From positions 186,001-250,000 of the forward strand of contig CT868607.1 in NCBI GenBank assembly GCA_000165425.1: a stretch of 64,000 nucleotides of DNA, given 5' to 3'. The stretch is from Paramecium tetraurelia (lineage: Eukaryota). Each line of letters begins with the position of its first letter. The first letter of the stretch is position 1. Under the pieces are notes generated by a model. That model was not told the origin of the DNA. It was given only the letters and a program-made list of their open reading frames with translations, and ran no database searches. Shown piece by piece: positions 38,803 to 53,258 of this stretch. The position numbers and the translations under genes were made by a program.

Positions 38803-39405
38803 ATGGGTAATAATTGCAGTAAAAACAATGCAAATCATTTCCTGATATTGAAGGGAGGATATCCCTTGACAACTCCTCAGAAATAAAATTCTCTTGAATA
38901 ATTCACATACGATATGAAACTTAATTTAGATTCTTTCGAAGATGAGTTTTTTTAAAAAGAATACAAAATCAACCCTTCTGTTTAAGATGAGTTATCGAAA
39001 ACTCAAAAATAGGATCTGCTAGATTTTGTCATCGAATCCCCAACATCTCAAAGCTAGAATCTAAAGAATTATTTTGTTTAAAGAAATTACTCAGCCCCTC
39101 CACAAAAAGGCAAAAGACGACCATATGCCAAGATGAATGGCAGTAAGTATATTGTGTATGAAATTTCTGAACATGCAAATCAAAAAAAAATAAAACCAAG
39201 TAGCAGATCACTACCAAAAACTAAATAACTTAGCTCCATTCAAAAAATTGAAGAAAATAAACCTCGGAAACATCATTCAAAAAAATCTAAGTGTCCAATA
39301 AAGCACTTAGTCTCTTAATCAAAAACCTAGTAAACTATTGATGGATAGTCATAAAAAAGGATTAGCGCTTGGAGATTTAATGATGCCGTAAAAATTCTAT
39401 TCTGA
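38803..39405 (+). CDS. Hypothetical protein, 200 aa, predicted N-myristoylated/palmitoylated
   Basis: Intronless ORF starting MGNNCS and ending WRFNDAVKILF-TGA. Confidence 0.65.
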
Positions 39406-39906
39406 TTTGTAAAACACTTGATTTATTATCTCATTAAGTATAATGAAATAGCAATCTATATCTGATAATATAAAACTGAGACCCCGAATTCTTTGAACCA
39501 TAATAATTTTGTTGATTTTTATAATTTCAATCTTACCAAAAACTTCAAAAAGGTTTTTTCAGAAAGGTCAAATCATTCTATATATCCCAGAATAATATCC
39601 ATTATTAAATAACTCTCATCATGGTAATTATATTGAGAAATCTTAATAAAACATGGTTTAATAAATGACAACCTTAATTTATTTAAAAAATCTAACTAAA
39701 TTTTTATTTCACTTGCTTAATTTAAAAATGTAAAGTTTATAGTTTTATGAAATAAAAACTTTGAATCATTATACGAATATTACTGATAGGACTAACTGTA
39801 TTTGAAAAGATCAATTAACATGATTAAACATGAAATTACAACAATACAATTGTGATGTTGTCCAGTAACCCAAAAAATATTTATATAATGACAATAATTA
39901 TATAAA

Positions 39907-41062
39907 TCAAAATACGATATTATTGTAGCGCTTTTTAAGTCTCTCTTTTGTCTTGGTTTCAAATGAACATCCCTGCAGCACAACATAAACATTTGGATTT
40001 GCTTAAATGAACCTTTCAATTTAATCTTTATCACTATCTTTGAACGGATTCACAGCCAAAAACAGAATTTATAATTACTGATTATGAATGATTGAATAAC
40101 CTAGAATTTAAGATAATGGATATTACTTCCATCTGCATTTTGTGTAAGTGGTTCTAATTCAATTTCAGCAACAACTTCCTTCTTCTTTGCTTTCAATTAA
40201 TCCTTAATCTGCTTATCTCTCTTTTCTTCTAACTCTCTATAAGCTTGTAATTTTGCTTCATTCAATTTTTCTGGTCCAATAGTTTCTATCAGAGGTTTCA
40301 AATCCTCCCAGGCTGCTATTTCACATCTTGATAGTCCAATATATTGAACACTGTTCTTTTTACTCATAAAATTGGCCAAGATTTAAATAGCTTGCATTAA
40401 TATAAATATATACAATCTTTTCCAAGAGGATTATCACTCAATTCAATTACTTATAAGGCCTAAAGAGTGCCTGGTTAAAATATTTGATTTAATTTAGATT
40501 AAGTAATTTAATTTCCTCTTAAATATAATTAGGTAAGTGTTGGACAATTTATTTGAGGAATTATATTGGTATACTCAATAAATACCTTAATGAGTTTGTT
40601 GTTTTCAATTATTTTTTATAAAATTTCCATTTCAGTTTCAGAAAATTTAATATTGTATAATTTAAAGACATTTAGGTTTTAATAAAGAGGCCATAAAAAC
40701 TAGAGTAAAATTAATGTGATTGCATCAATTTGAGTGTTTTGGAATACCAAAAATTATGTAATCTCTGAAGTGTTTTTAATGCTATCAATTGATTATTCGC
40801 CAAGTAAATTGGTTATTTGTTATTATTGTTTGGCTTATTTGGCGTGTAATACAGGATGCGGATGCTGATTTAAGATTTTACATAATTATTAATATCCATC
40901 TTGGATGCACGTTTTGGGAATTTATGTTTGCAAAGTTTAGGATTGAGATGATAAGTAAGCTTCCAACTCTTTTGTTTCAAAATTATTATAAGACCAAAAT
41001 GAATAAGGAAATGGGTAACTAGGTATTGGAACTTATTGTTATTATTTTTAATTGCCTCTCAT
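39907..41062 (-). CDS. Leucine-rich repeat protein (LRRC71-like, tentative)
   Basis: LRR-like segments (LQVIELSDNPL, VQYIGLSRCEI, VIQSFIISN) and an N-terminal YQQLCKILNQHPHP. Confidence 0.65.
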
Positions 41063-41639
41063 TTTTTATTGAATAAATAAATTGTATAAAATCAATATAT
41101 CGATCAATTAAGTTATAATAATGTTAACCAGATCCTTAATATAACACTTTCATCATCCTTTCATATAGATCAATTTTTAAGTGTTTTTCTTCTTATTCAA
41201 ATCGAATTTGGAAAAAGAATTAGATTCATTAGATGAAATATAAATTCTATTTTATTTTTAAGTTAATGCAGAAAGTAAATTAGAAATACAAAAGGGGCTA
41301 TATTTGATAAGTCTTCTAATATAATAATAAATATATCATTTATTAATTAATAGAATATATATCAAATATATTTATAAGATCTCAAATAAATAGTATATGT
41401 AATGATTATCTTATTGATATAAATTATAGGATCTGTTTTAGATCTGATATTTATTAAACTGATTTGATCAACATTATAAAAATTTAGAATAACCTCTATA
41501 AATAGGACTTTTTCAGTTAAAATTTTTTGAATTATTATTTTTTCTTGTTAATTCTTTCTTTAATTTTTGAGGTGAATCATTTTGATGTTAAAAAAAATGT
41601 TCTAAAATAGTTCATCTAAATTTAATAAGATAAATAAAT

Positions 41640-43394
41640 TCAAAAATTATCACAAAAAATCGATTGTAATTGATCGATTAAAAAAACATTAGGTATTTGA
41701 TTATTTTATTAAAATAACAAAGCTTCTATATATTCTTTAGTTTACTTAGATAATTTAATATCTTTCAATTGTAATATTTCAAATAAATCCTAAATTTAAT
41801 ATTAATAATTTACATAGATTTGATACTTTTTTACTATTAGTCCGTATTTGAGGGTGAGTTGATTTTTGATGTATTAGAATCCCTATTCATTAAAAATTAA
41901 AGAGAGTTCTTTTCTCATATTGATAATCTCTTAAGCAGTTGGCAATTAGTAATTATCAACTAAGGTTTTAAAAATACTCCTAATTCTCTATTTAGATTAA
42001 GTATCATTTCCCTCTTCAGAATCCATCAAATAGAGGCTTAATTGATAGGCCTATTAATAATTTAATTTGAAAAGTGACTTTTGGAAGGATTCAACTAAAT
42101 CTTTTAATTCAACATCCTCTGAGGAAATTTGACAGAACAAATGCTAAGATATATAGAGAGAGAAATACTTAATCGATATCGTTAAGACTTATTTGATTAA
42201 TAATTAATTGGTATTTCAGAATTTTGGGAACCTACTAGAGATCTTATTTAGTAATTAGGAGAAGCTTTTTGCGTTGAGTTGCACTTTGAGATCTCTAAGA
42301 AGAGAGAACAAGGTCTTGATTAAATTTAAAACTATCAGTCATATTTGCAAATGAGGATGGTTTGAGTAGGAGTGCGTTTTTACCTGCCTTTCTGTTTCTC
42401 TATTCAGACAATTATTAATGATCCTCATTAATAATTTTATTGAGAGTCTCTATTTTTATTCTTAAGGTTAAAATCTCTTCATCTTTTTCCATGATAATTT
42501 TTTCATATTTGTCCTACTGATTTGATAAATTAGACTTGAGTTTATCAGTTTGAGACAATTGAATTTGGTTTGAGTGATTTAATTTGTTGATTTCAGAAGA
42601 TAATTTTTGAATAAGATTTTCTTATTTATTTTATTAAGTAAGTTTATTATTAAAAATAGTGTCTCTGTCTTTGTACTATCTGATTTCTAACTGTAATTGA
42701 AGAATTAGCTTTTATTGATTCTAAATTTTGCTTTGAAGTATAGTGTTTAATTTCTTTATGTGATCAAGACTCTTAACTTTATCTTCGAGGGCAGTTAGGA
42801 TTTAGACGAGTCTAACATTGTCTGCTTCTAAGTCTTTCAAGACATTGGTTTTAGAGGGGATGATAATTTCAGATTCACTATTGAGAAGTTTCTGCTTTTG
42901 TATATCGCAAATTGCCCTCAACTTTTACAATTATTCTTATTGTTCAGTTAATTAATCGATCTTCATTTGACTTTTGAGATACTCAATTTCTGATTCCTTC
43001 TGTTAAAGAGTCTTGAGAAGCTATTTGATTTTGACTTGTTATTGAAGTGGAACTGAAATAGTATCCGATACTTAACATTATGATTGTAAACTTTCGAGTT
43101 CTTTCTTAATCAAACACTTTATACCTGATAATACATGAGTTAGGACTTGAGTTGCTTAAGCTCTTGACTTAGTAGGTTATTGTTCTTCTTTAGCTTTTAA
43201 ATCTGATCGATGTAATCTTCTTTGTCGATATAGGAGATCCGAGTCATGGAATCTCCACGACTGATTTGGATGTTGTTGCTGAGTATTTTGTTATTCCTGA
43301 GTTTGTTGGGATCAGACTACAACGAAGTTATGGAGAAAGATTTCTTGCCGTATTTACAAGATTAAATTTCATGAGAAGTTTAATTAATATTCAT
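41640..43394 (-). CDS. Long coiled-coil hypothetical protein (3' end approximate)
   Basis: MNINQTSHEIQSCK...DKEDYIDQIQKLKKNNNLLSQELKQLKSQL; heptad-rich, with tiny introns. Confidence 0.65.
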
Positions 43395-43405
43395 TATATA
43401 AATAA

Positions 43406-44189
43406 ATGAAAGCCATACTAGTATTATCTATTTCATTAATAACATTGAACTCTCAATTTATCAAGACATCCACTCTAAATTTGGTAAGGGAATTGATCTA
43501 ATTAACCAAAGTGTGATGCAAATGTTTATTTGCGACCAGACATCTATTATGGATAAGGAAGTGCAGCAGTAATCATCGAGCCAACCCAAGCAGTGGTAAC
43601 TTTGGAAGTGGAAGTGAAGGACGAGAAGGCTCAGAATGCTTTGCAATAGGCAGCCTAAATAGCTGACGATGCTGTTAAGTATGTGATAGACCTTATTGGG
43701 TAGAGCCATAAAAGAGAACTGCAAGGGATAATTGAAGATTCAGACAGCCGATTTCACTATTTCCCCTCACAAGGAGTACAGTCAGAATCAACCATACCAT
43801 GAGACATTCTCAGGATTCATAGTGATCAACAGGATAACAGTGGAGACACTCAACATTAGTGATGTTGGAAAGTAAGATCTTGTGTTGATTGTTAGGATTA
43901 TTGACATAGCTGTGAAGAACAGGGTCAATAAGGTGAATGGGATTCAATTCGATGTGAGCAAGGAGGAGAAGAAGAGGTTGAAGGATGTTCTTGTGGAATA
44001 AGCCATCGAAGATGCTAAACATACAGTAAGGAATTTAAATAATCATAGGCCAATGTGGTGTTGAAGGAATTGAACATGAGAATTGAATCGGTCAAGTCTG
44101 TCCAAATCTAGTAGAATTACGGATACGGAGTCAGCAGCCAGATGGAGCAATAAGTGACCGTGGGATTCGTAATTAGCCATATAGAATGA
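43406..44189 (+). CDS. SIMPL/DUF541 (BP26/YggE-like) protein with signal peptide, copy 1
   Basis: GQGSAAVIIEPTQAVVTLEVEV...AQNALQQA...IQTADFTISP...GFIVINRITV...IIDIAVKNRVNKVNGIQFDVS...QAIEDAK; 4 tiny introns. Confidence 0.85.
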
Positions 44190-44378
44190 TGATACATCAT
44201 ACGAATAATATAATCATTTAGGTTTCACTATTTTTAGTAATTAATCAATTTAAAACTACAATTAGTAGATACGATTTCTGATTCCCCCCTAATAAAGGGG
44301 AATTTAAATAACATCACTATAATTAGTAATTAAGAGCTCCTTCAATTATTATAATTGAGTTAATATTTAATATAAAAA

Positions 44379-45239
44379 ATGATTAGAATTTTAACAATTG
44401 CAGTCTGCATCACTCTTATTTTCGGATCATTCATCAAAGATTAATAAATAGCAATCAACAACTTTGAGGTAATTTTAATTACAAATTCCATATTTAGTGT
44501 TCTGAAGTGGAACACAGGAGACCAGATGTATTCTATGTCACAGGAACAGGATCTCTAAGTGTTGAACCAACAATAGTCACAGTTCACTTCGCAATTGAAA
44601 TCCAAAATTAAATGGCAGAATAGGCTTTGAATAAAGCCAACAGCATATAAGCGACAGCCTTCAAGTAAGATTCCTGGTGAATCCCAATAGGTCATTGCAA
44701 TCAGTGGACACCTCAAATGCAGGAGTGAAGATCACAACCGCTTAATTCTAGATGTTCCCTCATTCTGAATATGAGTATACCAATGGAAACCCTGAACTCA
44801 AATTCAAGGGCTACAAAGTGATCATAAGCCAAAAATTGGAAACCTCGAATTTGAAGATTGTTGGACAGCTGATCGATGCTGCCATCAATGCAGGAGTAAC
44901 CACAATCAACAGTGTATCCTTCGATGTCAAACCAGAACAGAAATCTGAACTAAAAGATTAAATTCTTTAATTAGCTGTCAAAGATGCAACACACAAAGTT
45001 TTTCTACTTATTAATTTCATTAGGCTGAAATTGCACTCAAATCTTTGGACATGAAAATCCATTCCATCAAAAGTATTTCCATCGACTAACAATATGCCCC
45101 AAGAACATCCTACATGAACAAAATGGCTCCCATGGCCGCAATGGACGGTGCCTCTGCTCCAACTGAAATTTATGCCCAAGAATAGAACTTATCACATTCA
45201 ATCACAGTAGGATTCATCATAGTTCCCAACGATCAATGA
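44379..45239 (+). CDS. SIMPL/DUF541 protein with signal peptide, copy 2
   Basis: VTGTGSLSVEPTIVTVHFAIE...AEQALNKAN...FKGYKVIISQKLETSNLKIVGQLIDAAINAGVTTINSVSFDV...AVKDATHK...ITVGFII. Confidence 0.9.
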
Positions 45240-45328
45240 ATATTCTACATATTCAAATACACAGTATATTTTATATTCCCTACTCTATACCAGATACTAT
45301 TTATAATTCAATAACAAAAATCATTAAA

Positions 45329-48300
45329 TCATCTCTATTTCTATTTCTACAACTGTTTGTCTATCTCCAATCTCTGCAATCTCTACGCCACAAAACTTCC
45401 AGATATATTCCGCATCAACTACGGCGACCGTATTACATCTATCAACTAGAAGTACAGCAACTCCTCCTGTATCAGATCCTTCTCCACTCTCGCCATTATT
45501 ATAGCCTCGCAGATCTTCAACAAATTATCCGGATAAGGCATGTCCTACAACATTATCAAATCTATTCCCCCAGACATTATTCCTCTTGCCATCTTCCCAG
45601 CCACGTACACTATCGTTATGTAAAACCCAAGGATTGAGTACCCCAACAAAGCACTCGAATACTTGTCACTCACTATGTAGAACTTAATCCCTACTGACTA
45701 CTTGTAATCTGAGTATATTGACCACCAAAACTGATCATTAGCTGTACAATTCAATTGTATCATTACTGAATTCATCAATCCCTCATCCAATATGGATATA
45801 TCCTTATTCTTATCTATTCTTATGAAGTCATGATAAAATTTCTACAACTGAATGGGATTACTCATTTATTTATTCTCCTAACAACTCACTATCGATTCGT
45901 ATATCTATTTCAAGGCGTTGATATTCAACTCATAATTATCACTCACGAACTGAGAAGTCTAATCTGTGTACTGTCTCATAAACCTATAAGTTTGTATTAA
46001 ATTGAAGGTGGATGCCCCTTTCTTGTCAATAACATTCTTCAGATTCTCAGATAATGAATACAAACTAGGATAGCTGATGTCCCAATAAGTGTCTGAAAAA
46101 TGAGTCAATTTAACTATCTAGAGAGACTCCTTGTCAATATTATTTAAGAATTTGTATTAAGATAAGTTTTTAGCATTCCATTCGAATTCACTAATCTAAT
46201 GGATATCACTCACGTGTGAATTCACAAACAATGTAAAGTAGTTTGTTTTGTTAATCTTCAAACCCACTTCGATGTTAGCTCCAATGAGATTGTCATTCTA
46301 AAATGTTGGGTTCAATGGAGAGTACAAAAAGATTGGACCAAACAACAACGCCAATAACACTATGATTACCAAGAATCCTAATGAAAATTTAGTGTGAAAT
46401 GCAATCTTGGCCCCAACCTTTTTGTTAGAGAAGAAATAGGAATTACATTTGGCCGAGTACAGTAGGGAATGTATCTCCTCAAGTTTAATCCATTGAAATA
46501 ATGTTAATGACGTTTCTGAAAATGCCCAATCGCAAATGGTTCGCAATTCAAACAAAAAGGGCATCAATTTATACACCTTAAAAATAACAAAATTGTGGAA
46601 CTTGTACCCTTTCATCAGTGTGTTTTATGCCTAAAATAATACAGTAGTTTACTATTTGATCATTGATCCCATATTTAATCTGAATGGAAGACAAAAAGAA
46701 GTACAAACAAATCAACATATAGAAGAGGATCATAAATATATTGTAAGTGATGTATTAACATTCTCCAGCTACATTGCAAGTGCTCTATCTAATCTAATAT
46801 AATAAATATAGATTTATAGAAACCAGTAACACTACCTAAAAATAGTACTTGTATCTCAAAGCAACTTATTCCACTTGTTTCTATTCTATTTGTTTCTTTT
46901 CTGCAAAGGATAACGATCTACCTCTTCTGAAGATTGGAGGATTAACCTCTTCTGATCTTTATCCTACTCCTCCAACTGTTTGTCTCATTTGAATTTCAAT
47001 TTGTTTGACTTCCTCTGGTTCCATTTGCTCTTTAAATTGGTTGAATTGCTAGATCATTACTTGGTTCTAGTTCTAGTTCTAGTTCTAGTTCTAATTCTAA
47101 TTCTAATTCTAATTATAGTTGTTTCCACTCCTGAAAAATACGTCGATTATACTATATTGGGCAGATTTAGGTTTGTATTGCAGTATGTATCTGTCGATCA
47201 AAATGCAGAGAATTTGAAAGAGCAAGGCAACAACCATGTGACCAGAAAATTGACTATACTTCAAGAGTTCTGAAATAGAAGGTGAATCCATAGACTTCAT
47301 CTAATCGTAGAACAAAAATATGTAGATAGCCAATATAATTTGAATGCCAGCCATGAATGGATACACATCCTTTCCAGGTTTCATATTGCTGAAAGCTCTA
47401 AAGAAAAAGTTAGGCTTTATTAGTTTGATTCTGGTTAGGTAATCTATTAGATCATCTTCCAATTTTTGCAAAACTGTAAACGTCTGATTCATCTATATTG
47501 ACACTCGTTATGCTTATAATGCTGTATTCAAACATTAGAATCTCTCTTAACTTTTAGATCTCACTATTTTTTATTATTTGGGTCTCTTGATCCCATCTTC
47601 CAAATTCAAAGTGCCATTACACAGATGTCTTAAGATGCTGCCATAAATAGTCTCATATTGATTTATGAATTTCTCATAGAGACCAATATTCTTCATAATG
47701 TTCACTTGTATTATGATAGCTACGATTGTTATGAATTGAAAGACGACTGAGTTCTCACCAAATAAAAACACCAAAAAGGTGTTGTCTTGCAGAAATGGAG
47801 TTAGATCATCCAACTTCTCCAAGGCACAAAGGAAGTTCAAATAGATGAAGGGGAATATCCACATTAATTTATCTGGCTGTTATTCTTCGATTGCTCCGTA
47901 AGCAAAAACCAATAATGGCATTATTATGGTAAAGAAACCATGATTTAGAAAGTAATAGGTAATCAACAATATGAAACAAATGAAATGCCAGAAAGAAAAT
48001 ATGAATTGTCCAATGACTAGCAGAAATCTCTTCCAATCGTATTAGTTGATGTATTGTGAAATATCCTCTCTGGTTAAATTGTTTGATGAAGCATGTTCTG
48101 AGATCTTCTCCTTTAGATTTTGCCAATCCTTCTTAATCTACCTTATCTCATTATTTTAACTGAATCCAACATTCCTCTTATTTTGTAAGAACTACTGCAT
48201 GAAACTCTCTTTGCTTAAGGTAGGTGAGATGTACTTTGTGGCCTCCTTATAGAAACTTTGCAAATAAGAAATCACAGCTTCGAAATCCTGATTCTAGATG

Positions 48301-51300
48301 TATTAAATTTCATGTTCTGCAATTTCCAACACTTGCAAATTGGAACAAGCAATGAAGTGGAAAATCTACAGTGTAGGTTCAAAGAGGAAACGATTTCTAT
48401 GAGATTCGATCCATTTGTAAATTGTAAGTTTCAAAGGTTCAGCCATAGGATTGTATTGATCCTGTATGTTAATGACTTAACAATCAATTTGGCGACTACT
48501 TAGGATAGATATTATACTTGTCCTGATTGAATTCATTTATCATCTTAGTGATGGTATCTATTCTCTCCTTTAAGTCATTTCTATCCTTGTATCTCTCAAT
48601 CAGTTTCATCAACTTTCTGTTATTGGCTTCAAAACTCATAGCCAATCCAACAGCCTCAGATCTAGTGTCAAGATTATCATAGAAATCCTTCGATATCTTC
48701 TCATATTACTCAGATTCCAAGAGATCCTTGCCCAATTGCAACAAATAAAATATCAAAATCTCTACTATTGAGATGTTGCTTGTTGTATTATTTTCATCCT
48801 TGAACAGTTTCTGTGCAAACAAGATAGTAAATATAATGAGGATGGCTCCTTCTTGAACAAATATTATTCTCTTGTATATGTCAGTTCTTTTTTCAGTCTA
48901 TTTCTTTGGAATCTTCAACTGTATTTCAATTACATACAATGACAATCTAAATATTAAGGATGGTTTAATTACATTGTGAATAGAAACATGGCCAAATTGA
49001 TGGTCTTCAAGATTCTGGTCGAGTAGATTACAAATAAATAATAGCATAACACTGAGAGTTGCACCAATAAGATGAAATACACTATGCCAATGATGTAGAG
49101 TCGTTTGATGATGATGTAAAATTTAGAGGAGATGTGCTTTTCCTTTTTCCTTAACTTCATATTAATGTAGCATTGATCAATGAACAAGATCATCTTGATG
49201 CTTAGCACTTCCTAAAAGTAATAAAAGAGCCAAATGGCAAATATGATGATGCAATTAAAAATAAAGGTTCCCTTGCTCCTTCCTTTGCCAGACAACCCCC
49301 ATTTATCTAGCAAATCTGTATTTGAGAAGTTGAAAATGAGATATTCTGTTTGATTGAATTCCTCAGGCAGGATTCTTGGGGATGAGCCTTAAGATAATGT
49401 TATCAGATAACTAACGTATTGGAAGATCACCACTAATACACTCACTCTTTAAAATACTTGAAATAAAATACTTGTTGATAGTAGACTTTGAGTTGGTTGA
49501 CGAGTAGAACACAAGTGCAAACAATAGGATGTAAATGATGCTGAATATACCTTCAGAAATAGCAGCCAAAAAGAATAGGATGATCATGTACATTCTCTCT
49601 GAAGAATGAATAGCTCCCTTTTGGAAGTTCAGCTTTAACAATTGAAATTTGTTGTAATAGAAATTATCAATCAAATAGGAGGCAGAATTTTAAAGGGACT
49701 CTCTCTCAGAGACTCGATATTATTCAGTCTATTAAATAGATTTAGTAATCTATTCTTGATGTTAATCATCATTGTCAATCGAAGTGAGAAAGTCTGAAGC
49801 CTTCACGTCTATGATCACTATTATCAAGGCGATTAAATATGGATAGATGTCTTTGACTATAAAATCATCCCTTTGGTAATCGTTGTAGGTTCCAAAGGCA
49901 AACAAGATGTACTTAATGTTTACCATTGTCTTTAAGTCAATGTAATCCTCAAAATATTTCAAGGATTGCGATAAGTAAGTAATTAATAGGAATAGCATAC
50001 TAAACATGAGAGTGCCAACCCAACAAGCCTTTTTGTATTCAAATGACTTTATTTTTATGTCTTTGGTAATCATGGCAATAGTTAAAATAAGATTGGTATT
50101 GTATTTTGATGTTAGAGAGTCTTCCATCCTAACTCGCATTCCTTCCTTCTCTACTTTATTTATGAAAATGTATTTCCATCTTATGATTTCTAATTTAATT
50201 CAATTAATACTTTCATTGAGTTTGCTTGTGATTTGATGGTTCTGAAATTGCTCAATAAAATACGATCTTGTTTTGTAGATGTAATAAAACATGATTAGTA
50301 AATAGACTAGCATACTACATGATATCTTGTATTTGATTGATGTTATAACAATAACGATGTAGATAATAATTGGTAACAATAAACTCACATACTTATATAT
50401 CACATTTAAAAACGGACTATATAATAGAATAACACATAAATTACAATTGTAAGGTGAAATCAAAAGCGAAATTGGCCGCTATGGATTGTCTATCCTCCAT
50501 CTAAGAATCATTGTTTGAATTGATCAGATTCTCCTTGAGACTTTTGCTGAGATCCTCCAACTCAATTTCATTATGCTCATTCGTATGCTTGTGTGATCTC
50601 TGAACATGGACTGTTAGATCATTGATCGATATCATCTATTGCAAATAGTCTTACCCCAAATATCCCAAACATAATACTGCAATGTCTAACACAAGATTGG
50701 GAAAGATCAAAAATGGTACTCGTTTACTTAATCCAATGAAACCTTGGTGAGTGTACATGTATTCATAAATGGTTATCTTTCTCAACTGAGATTATAATAA
50801 TTGTAAGCTTATGTAATAGAGATTATGAATTACCAAGAGAAGTCAAATAAATATCGAAATAATGTGGCAAATCCAACTTGCATCAGGAAGATACTCCAAC
50901 AAATTTGAATCTTTCTGAATTGAATATCCTTATTTATCATTCCTGATATGTGAGTCTTGATGATATAAAGTAATAGTAGAATCTGAAATAGATTTATAAT
51001 ATTGAAGGATTAGAAGGTGAGTATCAATAATGAAATCCAATAGCAGATCCATAAAATAAATTTGATATACAATACATTGTACAACTATCTTACCGATGAA
51101 AATATTCCAATTTTGGAAATCATCTTTTGATAGTTCTCCTGCAATTGTTTATAGGTAGTACTTTTATATGTCTCATATTGGAGAACTACAAAACAATCCA
51201 GCATCCAAAATACACTTAAAGATCCAAAATCCTTGTCGTTGAACCCTAAATTAAATGGCAAATTGTATTCAAACTAAAATCCAAACAACTCAATTATGTT

Positions 51301-53258
51301 GTAACCAAAGTCACCGAATACTACCATCTCCAACATATACACATATTTGAGCAATATGATGATATTGATTATCACAACCATCCATATCCAATTTCTGTGT
51401 CTGAATGAATGTTGGGAATTAGATCTATTTTTGTTCTCGTGTCTCACTATGAATAAGATTGTGGTCACCAATAACAGAGTGTGTATAATGTTTGCTGTAA
51501 AGAGACTAATCCAAAACACTATAACCAAAGTAATTGAGTAGCTATTCCTCAGAACAAATGCCCAAATTAACTATGCTAATTGAAATGCCTCCTCTTCCTA
51601 TTCTTAATTAAAATAAGTCTGGAATAAGGATTACTTTGAATTGAGTGCAGACTGAATTTGCTCCTTATTATTCAAGTAAAATTTATAGGTTCCGAAGCAA
51701 ATAAATAATTAAGTCCAAACTAAACATTAATCAAATACATCAAGTTTTTCACATTCCCTAATTTGATAATAAGCTGTTGGGTAATAAACTAAAAATAAGA
51801 ACTAAATAATCTGTTCTGGATTCCTAGTGATTGAACTCTAGAAAATCCATAAAATTGATAATGTGAATCCCAAGTAGGGAAATCTCATTATGATGAATAC
51901 ACAATATAGTTATTAAATTGCAATAAGAATCCTAATGATAACAAATTGATGATTCTTCTTTTGCTTGTCCTACCCTTCTACATTATCCTCAATCACTTCC
52001 TACTCTTATTCAATATAATTTCTCTGAACTTCCCCATTCACTTCACCCTGGTTAATCTGCGGTTACTCATTCTGATCTTGTATCGCATTATCCTAAGTCT
52101 GGATTATCAATGCAACCACCGTCTATCTACGTTCCTACCTCTCCTTCTAAGCCAAATAACTGATTAGATCCAAATCAAAGTCATTTGATAAATCACTAGC
52201 CGCACTTACTTGACCTCTCAATTGTCTCACATTGTATAACACATCTATTATGATATTTAAAAAATAGGCTATTGCCAAGATGAGGAGGTAGGGACCATCA
52301 TACGAAGTCTTCAGTCCTGAGAGCAAGGCTTAAAAACTGTTTAACCCATATTGGGGCAATCCGGAGTATTCTAACGCCAATATTATTATCAGAGTGTATT
52401 GTATCACAATCTAGAGTTTGCACAGTATCTTATGTTTAAAGCTTTGTTTCAACTGAGTGCTAATTACTAGACTATTATACAGTTTTGAAAAAGAAAGGCT
52501 CCTGGATACTGATTTCATAGATCAACATGAAGGCGAAGAAATTCAACGGGTAGGCTGCTAGGGTCGGTTTCATAAATGAGGCTGTCAACAGGAGGACTGC
52601 TTCTAGGAACTAGAGTAGGTTGAGATTCTCATACTTGAAGGTAACGATATGATGCCGAAATTGTATTGAAAAATCGAAAGTAACTCCAATTCACTTTGGA
52701 GTATATGGTGAATTCTGATGACATGTATGGGAAACTGATCAAAAAGAAAATGCTGTTGTAGATGACATTTTAAAACAGAGTGAGATCTTTCATCTAAAAT
52801 TGAATGGATAATGTGATACTCTCTCTTGGATTATGCTGGTGTACTCTCGATATAAGGCTAATATGGAATCTAAAAGCTCAGGTGCATAAAAATTGGCACC
52901 TAAATATAGCAGTATTATTATGTTGATCCCAACAATTATCATTACTTTCAATTTATACAATCTGCTTATTCGAAACGATTTATCTATTAAAATCAACTTC
53001 TCTTTTTTTGAAAGAGTCCTTTTATCATTAAAAATACACAATACTCTTTATGTTGCACTAATTCATTAAAAAGTCTATCATTTCTTTTAAAACTCACTTA
53101 AATACTTGTTTTGAAGAGAATCAAGCACTCTACCAAATATAATGAAGGCAAAGATTCCCTGAAATTAACACAAAAAAATATTAAGGCAATACTAGATAAT
53201 GCACAAAATATTTTATTTTAATACATTTATTTAATAATACTTTCAATAATATGCTCAT
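45329..53258 (-). CDS. PIEZO: Piezo-type mechanosensitive ion channel, about 2500 aa (start may extend to the ATG at 53363)
   Basis: PGKDVY, FSGHMVVALLFQILCILIDRYI, SSIQIKYG, MPFLFELRTICDW (PFEW motif), LFQWIKLEEIH, LFGPIFLYS, DMPYPDNLLKICEAI...EELLYFQLIDVIRSP; frames checked across the introns from about 45300 to 50500 and in part of the 5' region. Confidence 0.95.
47061..47114 (-). repeat. Hexanucleotide microsatellite encoding an (NQ)n loop in Piezo
   Basis: Plus strand (GTTCTA)5(ATTCTA)3, which reads as AAC/AAT-TAG codon pairs on the minus strand. Confidence 0.85.

Noticed and set aside
48480..49480. Apparent frame changes within Piezo
   Set aside because: They are explained by normal introns at 48496-48517, 48947-48972 and 49447-49471.
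45236..52167. Several supplied plus-strand ORFs (45236-45637, 46980-47273, 48258-48503, 50006-50236, 51347-51541, 51946-52167)
   Set aside because: They are antisense to Piezo and show no independent motifs.
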